From Candidatus Ozemobacteraceae bacterium (GTDB lineage: Bacteria; Muiribacteriota; Ozemobacteria; Ozemobacterales; Ozemobacteraceae): DNA of 64,000 nt. The stretch covers positions 4,256,001 to 4,320,000 of the forward strand of contig OZ223236.1 in the NCBI GenBank assembly GCA_965140445.1. The letters are read 5' to 3'. The position numbers and the translations under genes were made by a program. Below, piece by piece: positions 39,587 through 48,395 of the stretch (positions are counted from its first letter, which is position 1; each line of letters starts with the position of its first letter). The notes below the pieces were generated by a model. It had not been told where the DNA came from, ran no database searches, and saw only the letters and a program-made list of their open reading frames with translations.

Positions 39587-40075
39587 TCAAGAGCCTTCGG
39601 GTGTATAACTTTCTGACTCCTTGAATACGTCCACCATTAAGGCTTTTAATCGAACTTTTTGTTCTTGATTGCAGAATTCGCTGACTTCCAAAAGGTGTTT
39701 ATAAGAAATTTCTTCCAGAGCCCGCGAACAGGAAGCCAGTTCATCCAGCATTCGAATGGCCGCAACTGGATCGACAGAATCATCGAAAAGACTCATGATC
39801 AAGCTTTGCCGGACTTGCCGAGTTTGATCGCGAAGTTTGTTCGTGCTGATCCGGAAGTTTTGGCGGGCTGCCTGAAATCTGGCAACCTGATCTGGTGACA
39901 TTTTAAGCTGTTTCTCTATGAAAATATCTGCCTCACGTGTAAGGTTCTGATCTCGTGGCTTTGGAGAGATTAAAGGGAGCATGTGTGGCCACGTCAGAAG
40001 ACCTAGCAGAACAATATTCAGCAGGCCCAGTATTATCACCGACAAGCTTAGTTTTTTCGTTTTTTCCATGATCAA
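39587..40075 (-). CDS. Spy/CpxP/ZraP-like periplasmic sensor
   Basis: TM with LLN; L.MSPDQ and NQEQK (LTxxQ-like motifs); helical. Confidence 0.7.
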   Translation of the reverse strand: MIMEKTKKLSLSVIILGLLNIVLLGLLTWPHMLPLISPKPRDQNLTREADIFIEKQLKMSPDQVARFQAARQNFRISTNKLRDQTRQVRQSLIMSLFDDSVDPVAAIRMLDELASCSRALEEISYKHLLEVSEFCNQEQKVRLKALMVDVFKESESYTPEGS

Positions 40076-40407
40076 AAACCTCCAGATCTTTCATCCGCTT
40101 TGGCCGGAAAAAAGGATAGTGTTGTACCACGCCCTTCAAGGGCTATTTCCCGAAGAATTTTGCTGCGGTTTTTACTTGTTTGAGCTTTCCAGATCCAGGT
40201 CAGAGCCGCTCCGTTTAGAAAAATGAGCATGACGGCCATGGCAATCGCCAGGTTGGGTTGCCAGCCCGTCTGGCTTGTTTCTTTAGCGGATATGTTGACT
40301 GAAGTCAGAACGCGCTGGGCAAACGATTCGGAGGCCTGGCAAGGGTGAACTTCATCCAGGCTGGCCAAGGTTGCGTCAATTTCTTTATTCATTTGCTTTA
40401 CATTCAT
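40072..40407 (-). CDS. Putative single-TM anti-sigma factor
   Basis: Follows the ECF sigma; S..F..RV motif; one TM helix. Confidence 0.6.
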   Translation of the reverse strand: MNVKQMNKEIDATLASLDEVHPCQASESFAQRVLTSVNISAKETSQTGWQPNLAIAMAVMLIFLNGAALTWIWKAQTSKNRSKILREIALEGRGTTLSFFPAKADERSGGF

Positions 40408-40414
40408 GATTGCC

Positions 40415-41062
40415 TTACTCCTTCTCAGTATTTTCTTCCGGGCATCCGGGGGTGTTATCTTTCTGGTAATAGCTCTTTAAATGCTGTCTAAGATTTCTTC
40501 GAGACCGGAATAGCAATGACTCGACTGCGGCAACTGATGTTTCCATAATTTCCGCAATTTCATTTCCTTGCAGATGTTCAAAGTTCGCCAAGGTGTAGGC
40601 TGTGCGCTGGGTCTCAGGTAGATTGTCGATCGCTTTCATCAAAATTTTTGCCCGTTCGCGTTGTTCTATTACGACGAGAGGGTCTTTCTCTACGGAGGTG
40701 ACGGCCAGTAATTTGTTTAATCCTACCAACCCGAGAACCCAATTCCAGCGTTGATCTCGCTTTCGTTTACGCAGGATATCCAACGAGGTGCGAGTGGCAA
40801 TCCGATACAACCAGGTCGATAGCTTGCATTCACCCCTAAATGTGGATAGGGCTTTCCAGGCCTTGAGAAAGACTTCCTGAGAAGCGTCTTCCGCATCCGA
40901 ACGGTTATGAAGAAAGCCGTAACAGGTGTTGACTATCTGGTCTTGATAGGTGTCCAGCAGATAGGCAAGCGTTATTTGCCCCTGCTTCAATGCTTCGGCA
41001 CTGGTGTGTGTATCAATTTTAAGCGTCTTATTCAAAATCAGTTTTTTTGTTTGCTCATTCAT
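40415..41062 (-). CDS. ECF RNA polymerase sigma factor
   Basis: DAEDASQEVFLK.W, FRG..KLSTWLYRIA, LPETQR, EIAEIM.TS..AVESLLFRSR; start MNEQ chosen. Confidence 0.9.
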   Translation of the reverse strand: MNEQTKKLILNKTLKIDTHTSAEALKQGQITLAYLLDTYQDQIVNTCYGFLHNRSDAEDASQEVFLKAWKALSTFRGECKLSTWLYRIATRTSLDILRKRKRDQRWNWVLGLVGLNKLLAVTSVEKDPLVVIEQRERAKILMKAIDNLPETQRTAYTLANFEHLQGNEIAEIMETSVAAVESLLFRSRRNLRQHLKSYYQKDNTPGCPEENTEKE

Positions 41063-41084
41063 GTATTTTCGGGTTTCAATATAG

Positions 41085-41112
41085 TAGACGATAGAAAATC
41101 GAAAAACTTGCG
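41085..41112 (-). promoter_or_regulatory. Putative ECF-type promoter CGCAAG-N16-CGTCTA
   Basis: About 22 bp upstream of the sigma ATG; a CGTC -10 element is typical of ECF promoters. Confidence 0.4.
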
Positions 41113-41538
41113 TTTTTTTTTGAACCCCATTTTTTTGGGTATGGCTATTATCTTCAGCTAGTTGCAACATATTTCTGAAAATTTTGCCGGATTCGCAACG
41201 TGCAATTGTTTCTCTGAACTTCTTAGGTAAGTAGAGTGGCTATTTTTTTAAGCCTTGTTTTAAAGAAGTAAAAAGAAACCCCTTCTTAAGTTTGCAAAAT
41301 ATTGCAATGGTAAAAACGGAGTGGGTTATTTCAATCTGGAGGCCCTTGGAAGCTGGTGGGAGAGATTGCGCAAGAGAACGTTGGCGCGTGATTTGCCTAC
41401 CCCAATATCAGAAAAGACCGTGACAGTAACTTTCTGGCTCATGGCCTGGGCAAACAGGCCAATTCTTCATTTATTTGAGTGTATCTCAGACAATTATTTC
41501 CCCGATAACCCCGATCGTTTTTTTGTTTTTTTAAGTGA

Positions 41539-41672
41539 GTTTAACGTCTGTCGTGACCGGACGCCGAGCGACGCCTTCGGCAAGCGAGGGAATCGGTGCT
41601 GGCGAAAAAGTTGCCGGTTTCTCGCAACTTTTTTGCCAGTATCGACGTTCCGTGTCGACGCACTTGTTAGAT
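41539..41672 (-). repeat. attC 13 (long family)
   Basis: GTTTAAC-GTCTGTCGTGACCGGACG...CGTTCCGTGTCGACGCACTT-GTTAGAT; closely matches attC 9. Confidence 0.93.
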
Positions 41673-41707
41673 TGATTCATTGGCTTTAGTTTTCGATTTC
41701 AAGGGAG

Positions 41708-43069
41708 CTATTTTTCCTTTTGGACTTTCCATAAAAAATACAATTTATCCATTTCTATAGACTTCTCTTCGTCATGGATTGCCTGCAAATCCTTTAGAAA
41801 ACTGGGGCCAAACTTCCCGATTCCTATGGCACTTGCAATTTCAGCAAATTCTGGACCAATCAGCCCCGTAATCCAGCCAATTGTAATAGCACCAATGAGC
41901 CCAGTTATAGCCCTGAAAGGAGTAGATCTCAAATCTCTTTTGGCAACCTCAACCCGTTTATTTAATTCAGAGAGTGCAGGTTTTAGGTAGTTCGAATAAA
42001 TCTCCTGAGCATCTGTTCTAGATAAAACCCCAGATGTTTTAGCAACTTCCCCTAAAGCATTATTAAGAGCCTTTCTATAGTGTATAAACGAGTCTTCTTC
42101 TCTTGACCTTAGTGTTACTAAATTGTTTGGTGAAACATCTTCTAAAAAAGGAACAAGGAATGAGAAGTTCTCAAAAAGAGATTGATTGCGACTAAATGTC
42201 CACTCGTTAGAATGGAGCCCATTCAAAAAGTTAATATGGATATCGTTATCTGTTAAAAAGTTTGTACCAAGACACTCTGCTGTGGATAGGCCAAAAATTG
42301 CATTTGCTGCTGCATTGTGAGCCTGCTTTATGTGAAGAGCGAGATCCTTGGTAAGCGTTTTTGATAAGACGACCTCTTCACCCGAAATTATCTTTTTCAA
42401 GATTCTTGGTCTTGCAGATAGTTCAGGAATCGTGCCATTACAAATAAGAATGTTGCTGTGGTCAAAATAGGGAGCCGGTCCCTCACATGTGAACTCAAAT
42501 CCATCTTCGAACTTCTCACAAATTACATTCATGACCTTGAGATACTGTGCTTGAAGATTTTTGTAGGTCTTATCAAACCTTTTCTTTCCGTTTTCACCTA
42601 AAACTCGCCCAACTTGGCACGTAAAGCAAATATTCATAGGAGTGGGAAAGAATGAAATGAAGCCTTCTTTAATTGCGGTTTCAACTGATGCAACCAAAGA
42701 CAGATCATCTGAAAATCTGAGTAGACTATCATTAAAGTCAACTTCGTCAGTTAGGTGGGTGTGCGTGGAAAAAAAACTTGGAATGGTAACCGAATCGCTG
42801 TACAAAAGTGCGAACCGCGCAAGTCGATCAAGCCTTTCCCTTCTACAGCCTAGCTCCACACAGTGTAGCGCCCCACCACCTAAACTTTCTGAGGCAGAAA
42901 AAGAAAAGGTGTTCTGGGAACTATTTTTTTGTGATTTTGAGATAATTTCTTCAATCTCTTCATTGATTGCAATAAACTCCAGCGGATTTAAACTTGAAAT
43001 GAGGTCTTGGTTTACACCAGAATGAACTAGTAGATCCTTTTTCCAAAGAAACTCAATAAGGTTACTCAA
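41708..43069 (-). CDS. Hypothetical protein with C-terminal Gly-rich hydrophobic hairpin (cassette)
   Basis: TTG start with AGGAG; 453 aa; 12-bp complementary cassette ends (GTTAGATTGATT/AATCAATCTAAC). Confidence 0.8.
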   Translation of the reverse strand: MSNLIEFLWKKDLLVHSGVNQDLISSLNPLEFIAINEEIEEIISKSQKNSSQNTFSFSASESLGGGALHCVELGCRRERLDRLARFALLYSDSVTIPSFFSTHTHLTDEVDFNDSLLRFSDDLSLVASVETAIKEGFISFFPTPMNICFTCQVGRVLGENGKKRFDKTYKNLQAQYLKVMNVICEKFEDGFEFTCEGPAPYFDHSNILICNGTIPELSARPRILKKIISGEEVVLSKTLTKDLALHIKQAHNAAANAIFGLSTAECLGTNFLTDNDIHINFLNGLHSNEWTFSRNQSLFENFSFLVPFLEDVSPNNLVTLRSREEDSFIHYRKALNNALGEVAKTSGVLSRTDAQEIYSNYLKPALSELNKRVEVAKRDLRSTPFRAITGLIGAITIGWITGLIGPEFAEIASAIGIGKFGPSFLKDLQAIHDEEKSIEMDKLYFLWKVQKEK

Positions 43070-43090
43070 AGTTTATTTCTCCTATAATCA

Positions 43091-43192
43091 ATCTAACGTC
43101 GGTCGTGACCGGAAAAACGAGATGGGCGCGGGTGTTGCGTAAGCAAGACCCGTGATCCAGCCGGTTTTTCCGTGTCGACGCACTTGTTAGGT
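43091..43192 (-). repeat. attC 14 (short family)
   Basis: ATCTAAC-GTCGGTCGTGACCGG...TTCCGTGTCGACGCACTT-GTTAGGT. Confidence 0.93.
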
Positions 43193-43729
43193 TTTCTTCG
43201 ATTCTTGATCATTTGTTTTTTTTATGTCTTCTATTCTTAAATCGATTTTTGTTTTCGAAAGGAAACGTTCCGTATCGGCTATCTCATTTGGACAATGACC
43301 AGAAATTCGTAGCATGGATTTCAAAGTATAGTGAAAAAGAAGAAGACTTACAGCGATCAATCCGCTTAGAAGGAATGGCCTAGCAATACCATAAGCTATC
43401 GCAACATGGCCTACTAGCGTTAATGAAAGCATAAATGCAATAAAATCGCCGAAAGCATCTATAGAACGAGCTATATGATAAACAATAAATTGCCCGTCTT
43501 TACCAGATGCCCCAAAAGTTTTTTCAACAGCTTCGCCTATCAAAATTTCTTTGTTGTATTGATTCAGGAACCACAGCATTACCTTGTCTTTTGAATTAAG
43601 CAGTCTATTTGTTAGCGATTTTACAATAGAAATTAAAATAGCCCCTAAAATACTTCCAGCAGCCCCTAACACAAGGATTCCACCAACACTTTTGGTTAGC
43701 CAGTCTTGAAGTGCTTGTAAATCAAACAT
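43187..43729 (-). CDS. Hypothetical 3-TM membrane protein (cassette)
   Basis: AAGGAG before MFDLQ; three hydrophobic segments; stop codon in ACCTAAC. Confidence 0.75.
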   Translation of the reverse strand: MFDLQALQDWLTKSVGGILVLGAAGSILGAILISIVKSLTNRLLNSKDKVMLWFLNQYNKEILIGEAVEKTFGASGKDGQFIVYHIARSIDAFGDFIAFMLSLTLVGHVAIAYGIARPFLLSGLIAVSLLLFHYTLKSMLRISGHCPNEIADTERFLSKTKIDLRIEDIKKTNDQESKKT

Positions 43730-43941
43730 GCAATCTCCTTTGAATATTTGAATAATTGAAGTCCGCAACTAGCTGTGAGCAACTCAATATCCTCTTTTAA
43801 GTAATTCATATTATATTTGTTCAGTCTAGTATGGCAATTATATAGACCGTAAATTTGTCTTTTAACATTCAATACTATATAGGTGATTGGCATATATAGC
43901 CGAAAATTGCATGGCACCAATTTTCTATTTTTTCATTTTTA

Positions 43942-44044
43942 ACCTAACGACAAGTCGTGAGCGGAAAAACGAGACGGGCGCGGGTGTTGCGTAAGCAAGA
44001 CCCGTGGTCCGGCCGGTTTTTCCGCGTCGACGCACTTGTTAACG
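43942..44044 (-). repeat. attC 15 (short family)
   Basis: ACCTAAC...GTCGTGAGCGG...TTCCGCGTCGACGCACTT-GTTAACG. Confidence 0.9.
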
Positions 44045-44156
44045 CTCTTCTTTTCATTTTTTTTACAGAAACAATCATAATTTGAATTGATAAATTCAGT
44101 CCATAAATTATTCGAGTGTTGATATCTGCTAAGAGCTAGCGCATTTGTTCAAGTGG

Positions 44157-44507
44157 CTATGGTAAACGATAAAATAAAGCAATTTTCTTAACCTCTAAAA
44201 TATGAATGTCCCCCAGATCATTTGCCTTTCGCATGAGTAACTTTAGCTTAGCCGGTAACTCATCAGGCAATTCTGTTGTATTTGATCGATTCGCCAAATC
44301 TAGAATAAACCAACAGCAGGATAAAAAAGCGTATGAATCTGTTTGCTCTAGAGCCAAATCAATTGCAAAAGGAATTGAATCAAATGCTTCGTATGGCTCT
44401 AAAGTTGCGACAATCGACTCTCGACCTTTTGCAATTGCCCATTCATCCTCTCCCAATCTTGGCAGACAAGTATCAATTATTCTTTTGAATTCAATTATTG
44501 GATTCAT
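44157..44507 (-). CDS. Small helical hypothetical protein (cassette)
   Basis: ORF from MNPII; the only sizeable sense ORF in the cassette. Confidence 0.65.
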   Translation of the reverse strand: MNPIIEFKRIIDTCLPRLGEDEWAIAKGRESIVATLEPYEAFDSIPFAIDLALEQTDSYAFLSCCWFILDLANRSNTTELPDELPAKLKLLMRKANDLGDIHILEVKKIALFYRLP

Positions 44508-44592
44508 GCAATTTACACTTTTCCTCTCAAGGCTCTTATAAACGCCCAAGAATTCATTATTTATTGGTTTTTCATTTTCTTTAATTTTATCG

Positions 44593-44694
44593 CGTTAACG
44601 CCAGTCGTGACCGGAAAAACGAGACGGGCGCGGGTGTTGCGTAAGCAAGCCCCGTGTTCCGACCGATTTTTCCGTGTCGAGGCACTTGTTAGGC
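44593..44694 (-). repeat. attC 16 (short family)
   Basis: CGTTAAC-GCCAGTCGTGACCGG...TTCCGTGTCGAGGCACTT-GTTAGGC. Confidence 0.9.
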
Positions 44695-44722
44695 AATTAA
44701 ATTTTTGACCATTATCTGCTTA

Positions 44723-46192
44723 TTAATAAGCAGAATGTGATTGGATATAATTCGTTAGTGAAGCTTGTTTATAAGACCACTGTTTAAGAACTGTCATTTC
44801 TGATTCTAAATATCTTGAACTAATTCGAGTTTCATCAATATTCCACTGGAGAACTCTACAAATAGCTCTTTCAAGGGTATATTTTAGGTGCCAATTTGCT
44901 ACAAAAATCTCATCATGCATGTCACCAGGAAATGGATCCCCATGAATAAGCTTGTTCCTAATATCCACAAGCCCAACTAGTCCATTTTTACCAAAGACAG
45001 GCCACAAATCTGAAAGATCAATTAAATACTTTTGGCAAAATAATTCAAATGCTTCACGAAGAGACACCCTATTTAGCTCATTTAGCTTACAATAAATAGA
45101 TGATCTTTGATCTTTTTCAAGCTTAGGCATCGTTGAATTTTTTAAACATTTCTGAATGTACTTTCTCAAATCGCCCCAATCCTTTTCTGGTATTACAAAT
45201 TCGAGATTTTCACGCCTTCTAAAATCTAAGATTAAAGTTTCTAACCCTGCAAAAGTTTTGAGGAAAGATATCTCCAATGTAGATGGTGGGGAGATAGCTG
45301 AATAGAGAGCACTTCGAAGCGCTAGTTTGTTATCAAATTTTAAAAATTCTGAATAACAAACACGAACAAACTCATCAAATTGGTTTTCATCAATTAAATC
45401 ATCATGAAAGCTTTTCTTCTTTTCAAATTCAGGAAAAACAAAGTTTCCGCGATAAAAAGTGCAGTATGAGTCTTTGTCGCTTGCAGTCCAGCCAAGACAG
45501 GTCGTTCGGTTGCGAGTAGCAAAAGCTACAATTAAGAGAAAGTCATCGATATCTAGCATTACATTTTTCAGAGCTAGAACATCATTCGCTTGAATATCTA
45601 AATCGAGACATGCAACAAGGAAAGGCCATTGAATAAAATCTCCATTTTCTAAAGTTTTTGAGGAAAAATGAGTATCAAACTCCATTCGAATTCTATTTTT
45701 CATCTCAAATTCTTTTTTGATGAGCCTGTTACAGCTGAATTCACCGGTGTAAGAACTAGAAATAGACGCAGGAGGCTTTAACATGTGGTTCGGGCTAATC
45801 CAAAAAACAATTTGAGTGCCTTGCGCATCTTTATTGTGCCGATGACGTCTTATATGAAGATCTTGAGGCTTACCTAAAGCCGTTGTGACAACTATATCAT
45901 GGCCCCAATGCTTAGTTGAACTCTCGGAAAAGTAGACTATTGGAGATTCAATTGTAAGCTCAATTTTTTTATCAAAACCATTAACAACAGCAGATAGTTT
46001 AGCTTGATGAGAATTGACAATTTTGCCTCCCTCTTCTTTTTTCAAATTTAATAATACATAAGGCTTTTCATATATCCGCTCTGGTAAAAAGATTTTGCAT
46101 GGCACATTTACAATTTCTAATTTGTCGATGCTGATTGTTGCATTAACAAGGTAATTTTCATCTCTATGGACATCATAATAATTTGGTTTCAA
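44723..46192 (-). CDS. ApeA-like protein with C-terminal HEPN domain (cassette)
   Basis: Beta-rich N-terminus; FL..FAGLE.L helix; N..SLRE; RNKLIHG (RxxxxH). Confidence 0.7.
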   Translation of the reverse strand: MKPNYYDVHRDENYLVNATISIDKLEIVNVPCKIFLPERIYEKPYVLLNLKKEEGGKIVNSHQAKLSAVVNGFDKKIELTIESPIVYFSESSTKHWGHDIVVTTALGKPQDLHIRRHRHNKDAQGTQIVFWISPNHMLKPPASISSSYTGEFSCNRLIKKEFEMKNRIRMEFDTHFSSKTLENGDFIQWPFLVACLDLDIQANDVLALKNVMLDIDDFLLIVAFATRNRTTCLGWTASDKDSYCTFYRGNFVFPEFEKKKSFHDDLIDENQFDEFVRVCYSEFLKFDNKLALRSALYSAISPPSTLEISFLKTFAGLETLILDFRRRENLEFVIPEKDWGDLRKYIQKCLKNSTMPKLEKDQRSSIYCKLNELNRVSLREAFELFCQKYLIDLSDLWPVFGKNGLVGLVDIRNKLIHGDPFPGDMHDEIFVANWHLKYTLERAICRVLQWNIDETRISSRYLESEMTVLKQWSYKQASLTNYIQSHSAY

Positions 46193-46241
46193 AGAAATCT
46201 CCCAATTAGTGCTACAAAGATTTTAATTTTTCTCTTTTTTT

Positions 46242-46315
46242 GCCCAACGCCTGCCGTGACCAGACGCCCAGTGACGCCATCGGCAAATGAGGGAGCGTCG
46301 ACAAGCTTGTTATTT
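46242..46315 (-). repeat. attC 17 (long-family derivative with internal deletion)
   Basis: GCCCAAC-GCCTGCCGTGACCAGACGCC...GAGGGA|GCGTCGACAAGCTT-GTTATTT; 74 bp versus 134 bp for attC 13. Confidence 0.75.
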
Positions 46316-46482
46316 GCATTTAGTTTAATGTTAATTTAAATCCTCACGTAAATTTGATTGTATCACAAGCATATAAAGCTCTGACAGCCCCAATTTAATC
46401 TGTAAAAAATATAGTTTCAAAAACATTAAGCCAGGCAGCTTTGGCGGGGGCTTTGCCTCCTCAAAAAATCAGAAAAGCATGT

Positions 46483-46566
46483 CACAGCAACCTGCAAACA
46501 ACCATGATCTACACTCATGTCGCTTCAAAAAACATTCTTGGAGTAAAGAGTCCATTAGACGAATAA
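46483..46566 (+). pseudogene. intI: Integron integrase 3' remnant
   Basis: Translates as HSNLQTTMIYTHVASKNILGVKSPLDE*, matching the IntI C-terminus (H...TTMIYTHV...GV.SPLD); divergent from the cassettes; in-frame stop upstream at 46396-46398. Confidence 0.88.
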
Positions 46567-46629
46567 GGCTTTCAATAAGTTCTCAGGCTCCCAAAGCTTA
46601 ATTTGAGAAAAAAAGTCAGTGCTGAATTG

Positions 46630-47538
46630 TTAAGGCATCCAAGCGGAAATTGTTGAAAGATAGCTGGCAAAACGATCAAAGTCCAGTTCATACCAGGTAG
46701 AAAATACCTGGACTGAACTAAATCCGCTCTTTTCGTATAATGTATAAGCTTTGGTGTTTATATCCATTACGCTGAGGCCTATTTTTTTGCATTTTTTCTC
46801 TTTTAGAAGCAATACCGCCCATTTTAGCAAGGCGTGACCAAATCCCCTGCCCCGACATTGTGGCAACAGGCATATTCCCTCAATTGAGCCATTATCATTT
46901 TCGATTCGTAATTCTATGGTTCCAATCATTTCCTTGTTATGGAGCAATATTCCTGCAATGCAGCTGTTATCTAAAAAGATGGTTCTGGCATCATCGGTAT
47001 TGTAAGTCGCGGCATTTGGGGTGTTTTTAAACCCCTGGTTGTGAGTTTGAATAAAGGAATCAAAATTTTCTTCATTCAAGTTAACAAAATCAAAGTCGCC
47101 CAATTCTTCATTTGTAAAAACCATATCCCCATCAAGTTCCATCAAAATTAATGAATATGTTTTGAAAAAGCCGAGTAGTTTCAATTCCTCCAAACAATTT
47201 TGATTGTTTTCTCTGATTCCAATGCGAATCCTGCAATCAGAAAAATCGTTTAATTGCTTTATTGCTCTAATTAGATAGCCGGTACAATCAGGAGAGACCT
47301 GGTAGAGATCGGTTAAAAAGATTTCTCCCCTATCAGCTTCACAAACAATTGCACCAACCATAAATACTATCTTGCCCTGCTTGTAGCCGATAAAGAAATA
47401 TTTTCCTCCACTGAACAGCTTACCTTGCAGATAAGCAATTCTATCGCTCACTGGAATCAACTTTTTTTGTTCACAAAAAGCAAAAAATTCATGCTTTTGA
47501 TTCTCACTTAACTCGCTAAAAGCATAAAATTCTTTCAT
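46630..47538 (-). CDS. GNAT-family N-acetyltransferase
   Basis: C-terminal I.GICLLPQCRGRGFG..LL, N.KA..LYEKSGF. Confidence 0.85.
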   Translation of the reverse strand: MKEFYAFSELSENQKHEFFAFCEQKKLIPVSDRIAYLQGKLFSGGKYFFIGYKQGKIVFMVGAIVCEADRGEIFLTDLYQVSPDCTGYLIRAIKQLNDFSDCRIRIGIRENNQNCLEELKLLGFFKTYSLILMELDGDMVFTNEELGDFDFVNLNEENFDSFIQTHNQGFKNTPNAATYNTDDARTIFLDNSCIAGILLHNKEMIGTIELRIENDNGSIEGICLLPQCRGRGFGHALLKWAVLLLKEKKCKKIGLSVMDINTKAYTLYEKSGFSSVQVFSTWYELDFDRFASYLSTISAWMP

Positions 47539-47641
47539 ATTTCATAACCTCAACTTCTTTTTTAGAATAGCAGATCTAAAAATATTGTTGGCAAAAAATG
47601 TTTATGCTAGTCTTTGACCCCAAAAAGAAAATTAGGAGTTA

Positions 47642-48334
47642 ATGATGCTTAAAGATGGTGAAAAAGGCGTAATCATACAAAGAGACAAAAAAACCTATGC
47701 TGTTGCTCCCCACATCCCTTGCGGCATAGTTACTCCAGAGCTATTAAGAAAACTCGCAGATGCAGCTGAAAAATACAATGCCCCCGCACTAAAAATCACC
47801 AGTGCTGCAAGAATTGCCATTGTTGGGCTTGAAGAATCTTCTGTTGATAACGTGTGGGCTGATCTGGACATGGATAAAGGTGCAGCAGTAGGACTTTGCG
47901 TTAGAAGCATAAAAGCCTGTCCAGGCACAAGTTTTTGTAAACGCGGCATTCGCGACAGTCTCGGCATGGGTCTTCAGCTTGATAAAAAATACCATGGTCT
48001 TGAGCTTCCTGGGAAAATGAAAATGGGAGTAAGCGGTTGTCCAAACCAATGTGCCGAAACCTGCATTAAAGATATTGGCCTGGTTGGATTCTCAAAAGGC
48101 TGGAAAGTCCTCATTGGTGGAAACGGTGGAGCAATGCCACGACTTTCTCATGAAATAGCCAAAGACTTGTCGGACGAAGAAGCCCTTGAAATGATCGAAC
48201 AGCTTATCCAATTTTATAAAGCCAATGCTCGCCCACATCAGAGAATAGGACTTATGATTCAATTGATGGGCGGTATCGAAGAATTTAAGACGAGCTTTGC
48301 CAATTTCCAGAAAGAGTCTTCGCAGGAAAAATAA
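47642..48334 (+). CDS. Nitrite/sulfite reductase-like 4Fe-4S/siroheme half protein
   Basis: Ferredoxin-like half domain, CPGTSFC and GVSGCPNQC; AGGAG RBS. Confidence 0.85.
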   Translation: MMLKDGEKGVIIQRDKKTYAVAPHIPCGIVTPELLRKLADAAEKYNAPALKITSAARIAIVGLEESSVDNVWADLDMDKGAAVGLCVRSIKACPGTSFCKRGIRDSLGMGLQLDKKYHGLELPGKMKMGVSGCPNQCAETCIKDIGLVGFSKGWKVLIGGNGGAMPRLSHEIAKDLSDEEALEMIEQLIQFYKANARPHQRIGLMIQLMGGIEEFKTSFANFQKESSQEK

Positions 48335-48395
48335 TTTTTTTAACTATTAAGCTTTTGTAAAAAAAGTCCTACTTACTGCCGATTGATCCAGTAAG

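Larger units (their letters stand above)
25171..46566 (-). mobile_element. Integron cassette array with 17 attC sites and a truncated intI (effectively a CALIN)
   Basis: Co-oriented minus-strand genes separated by 74-135 bp palindromic TAAC...GTT elements; complementary core sites on each cassette; intI C-terminal remnant at the 5' end. Confidence 0.95.

Noticed and set aside
36138..39898. Numerous + strand ORFs opposite the efflux operon, and similar antisense ORFs elsewhere
   Set aside because: Shadow frames of well-supported genes with no motifs.
29435..44694. Recurrent ~100-135 bp repeats read as a CRISPR array or REP/MITE family
   Set aside because: They are separated by whole genes, are too long for CRISPR repeats, show attC geometry and cassette-specific core pairing, and no cas genes are present.
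46399..46482. In-frame sequence upstream of the intI remnant as more integrase
   Set aside because: It reads SVKNIVSKTLSQAALAGALPPQKIRKAC, lacks the HxLRHSFATH box, and cannot be assigned; attI could not be identified either.
46630..47538. GNAT gene as a further cassette
   Set aside because: It lies beyond the intI remnant and has no flanking attC.
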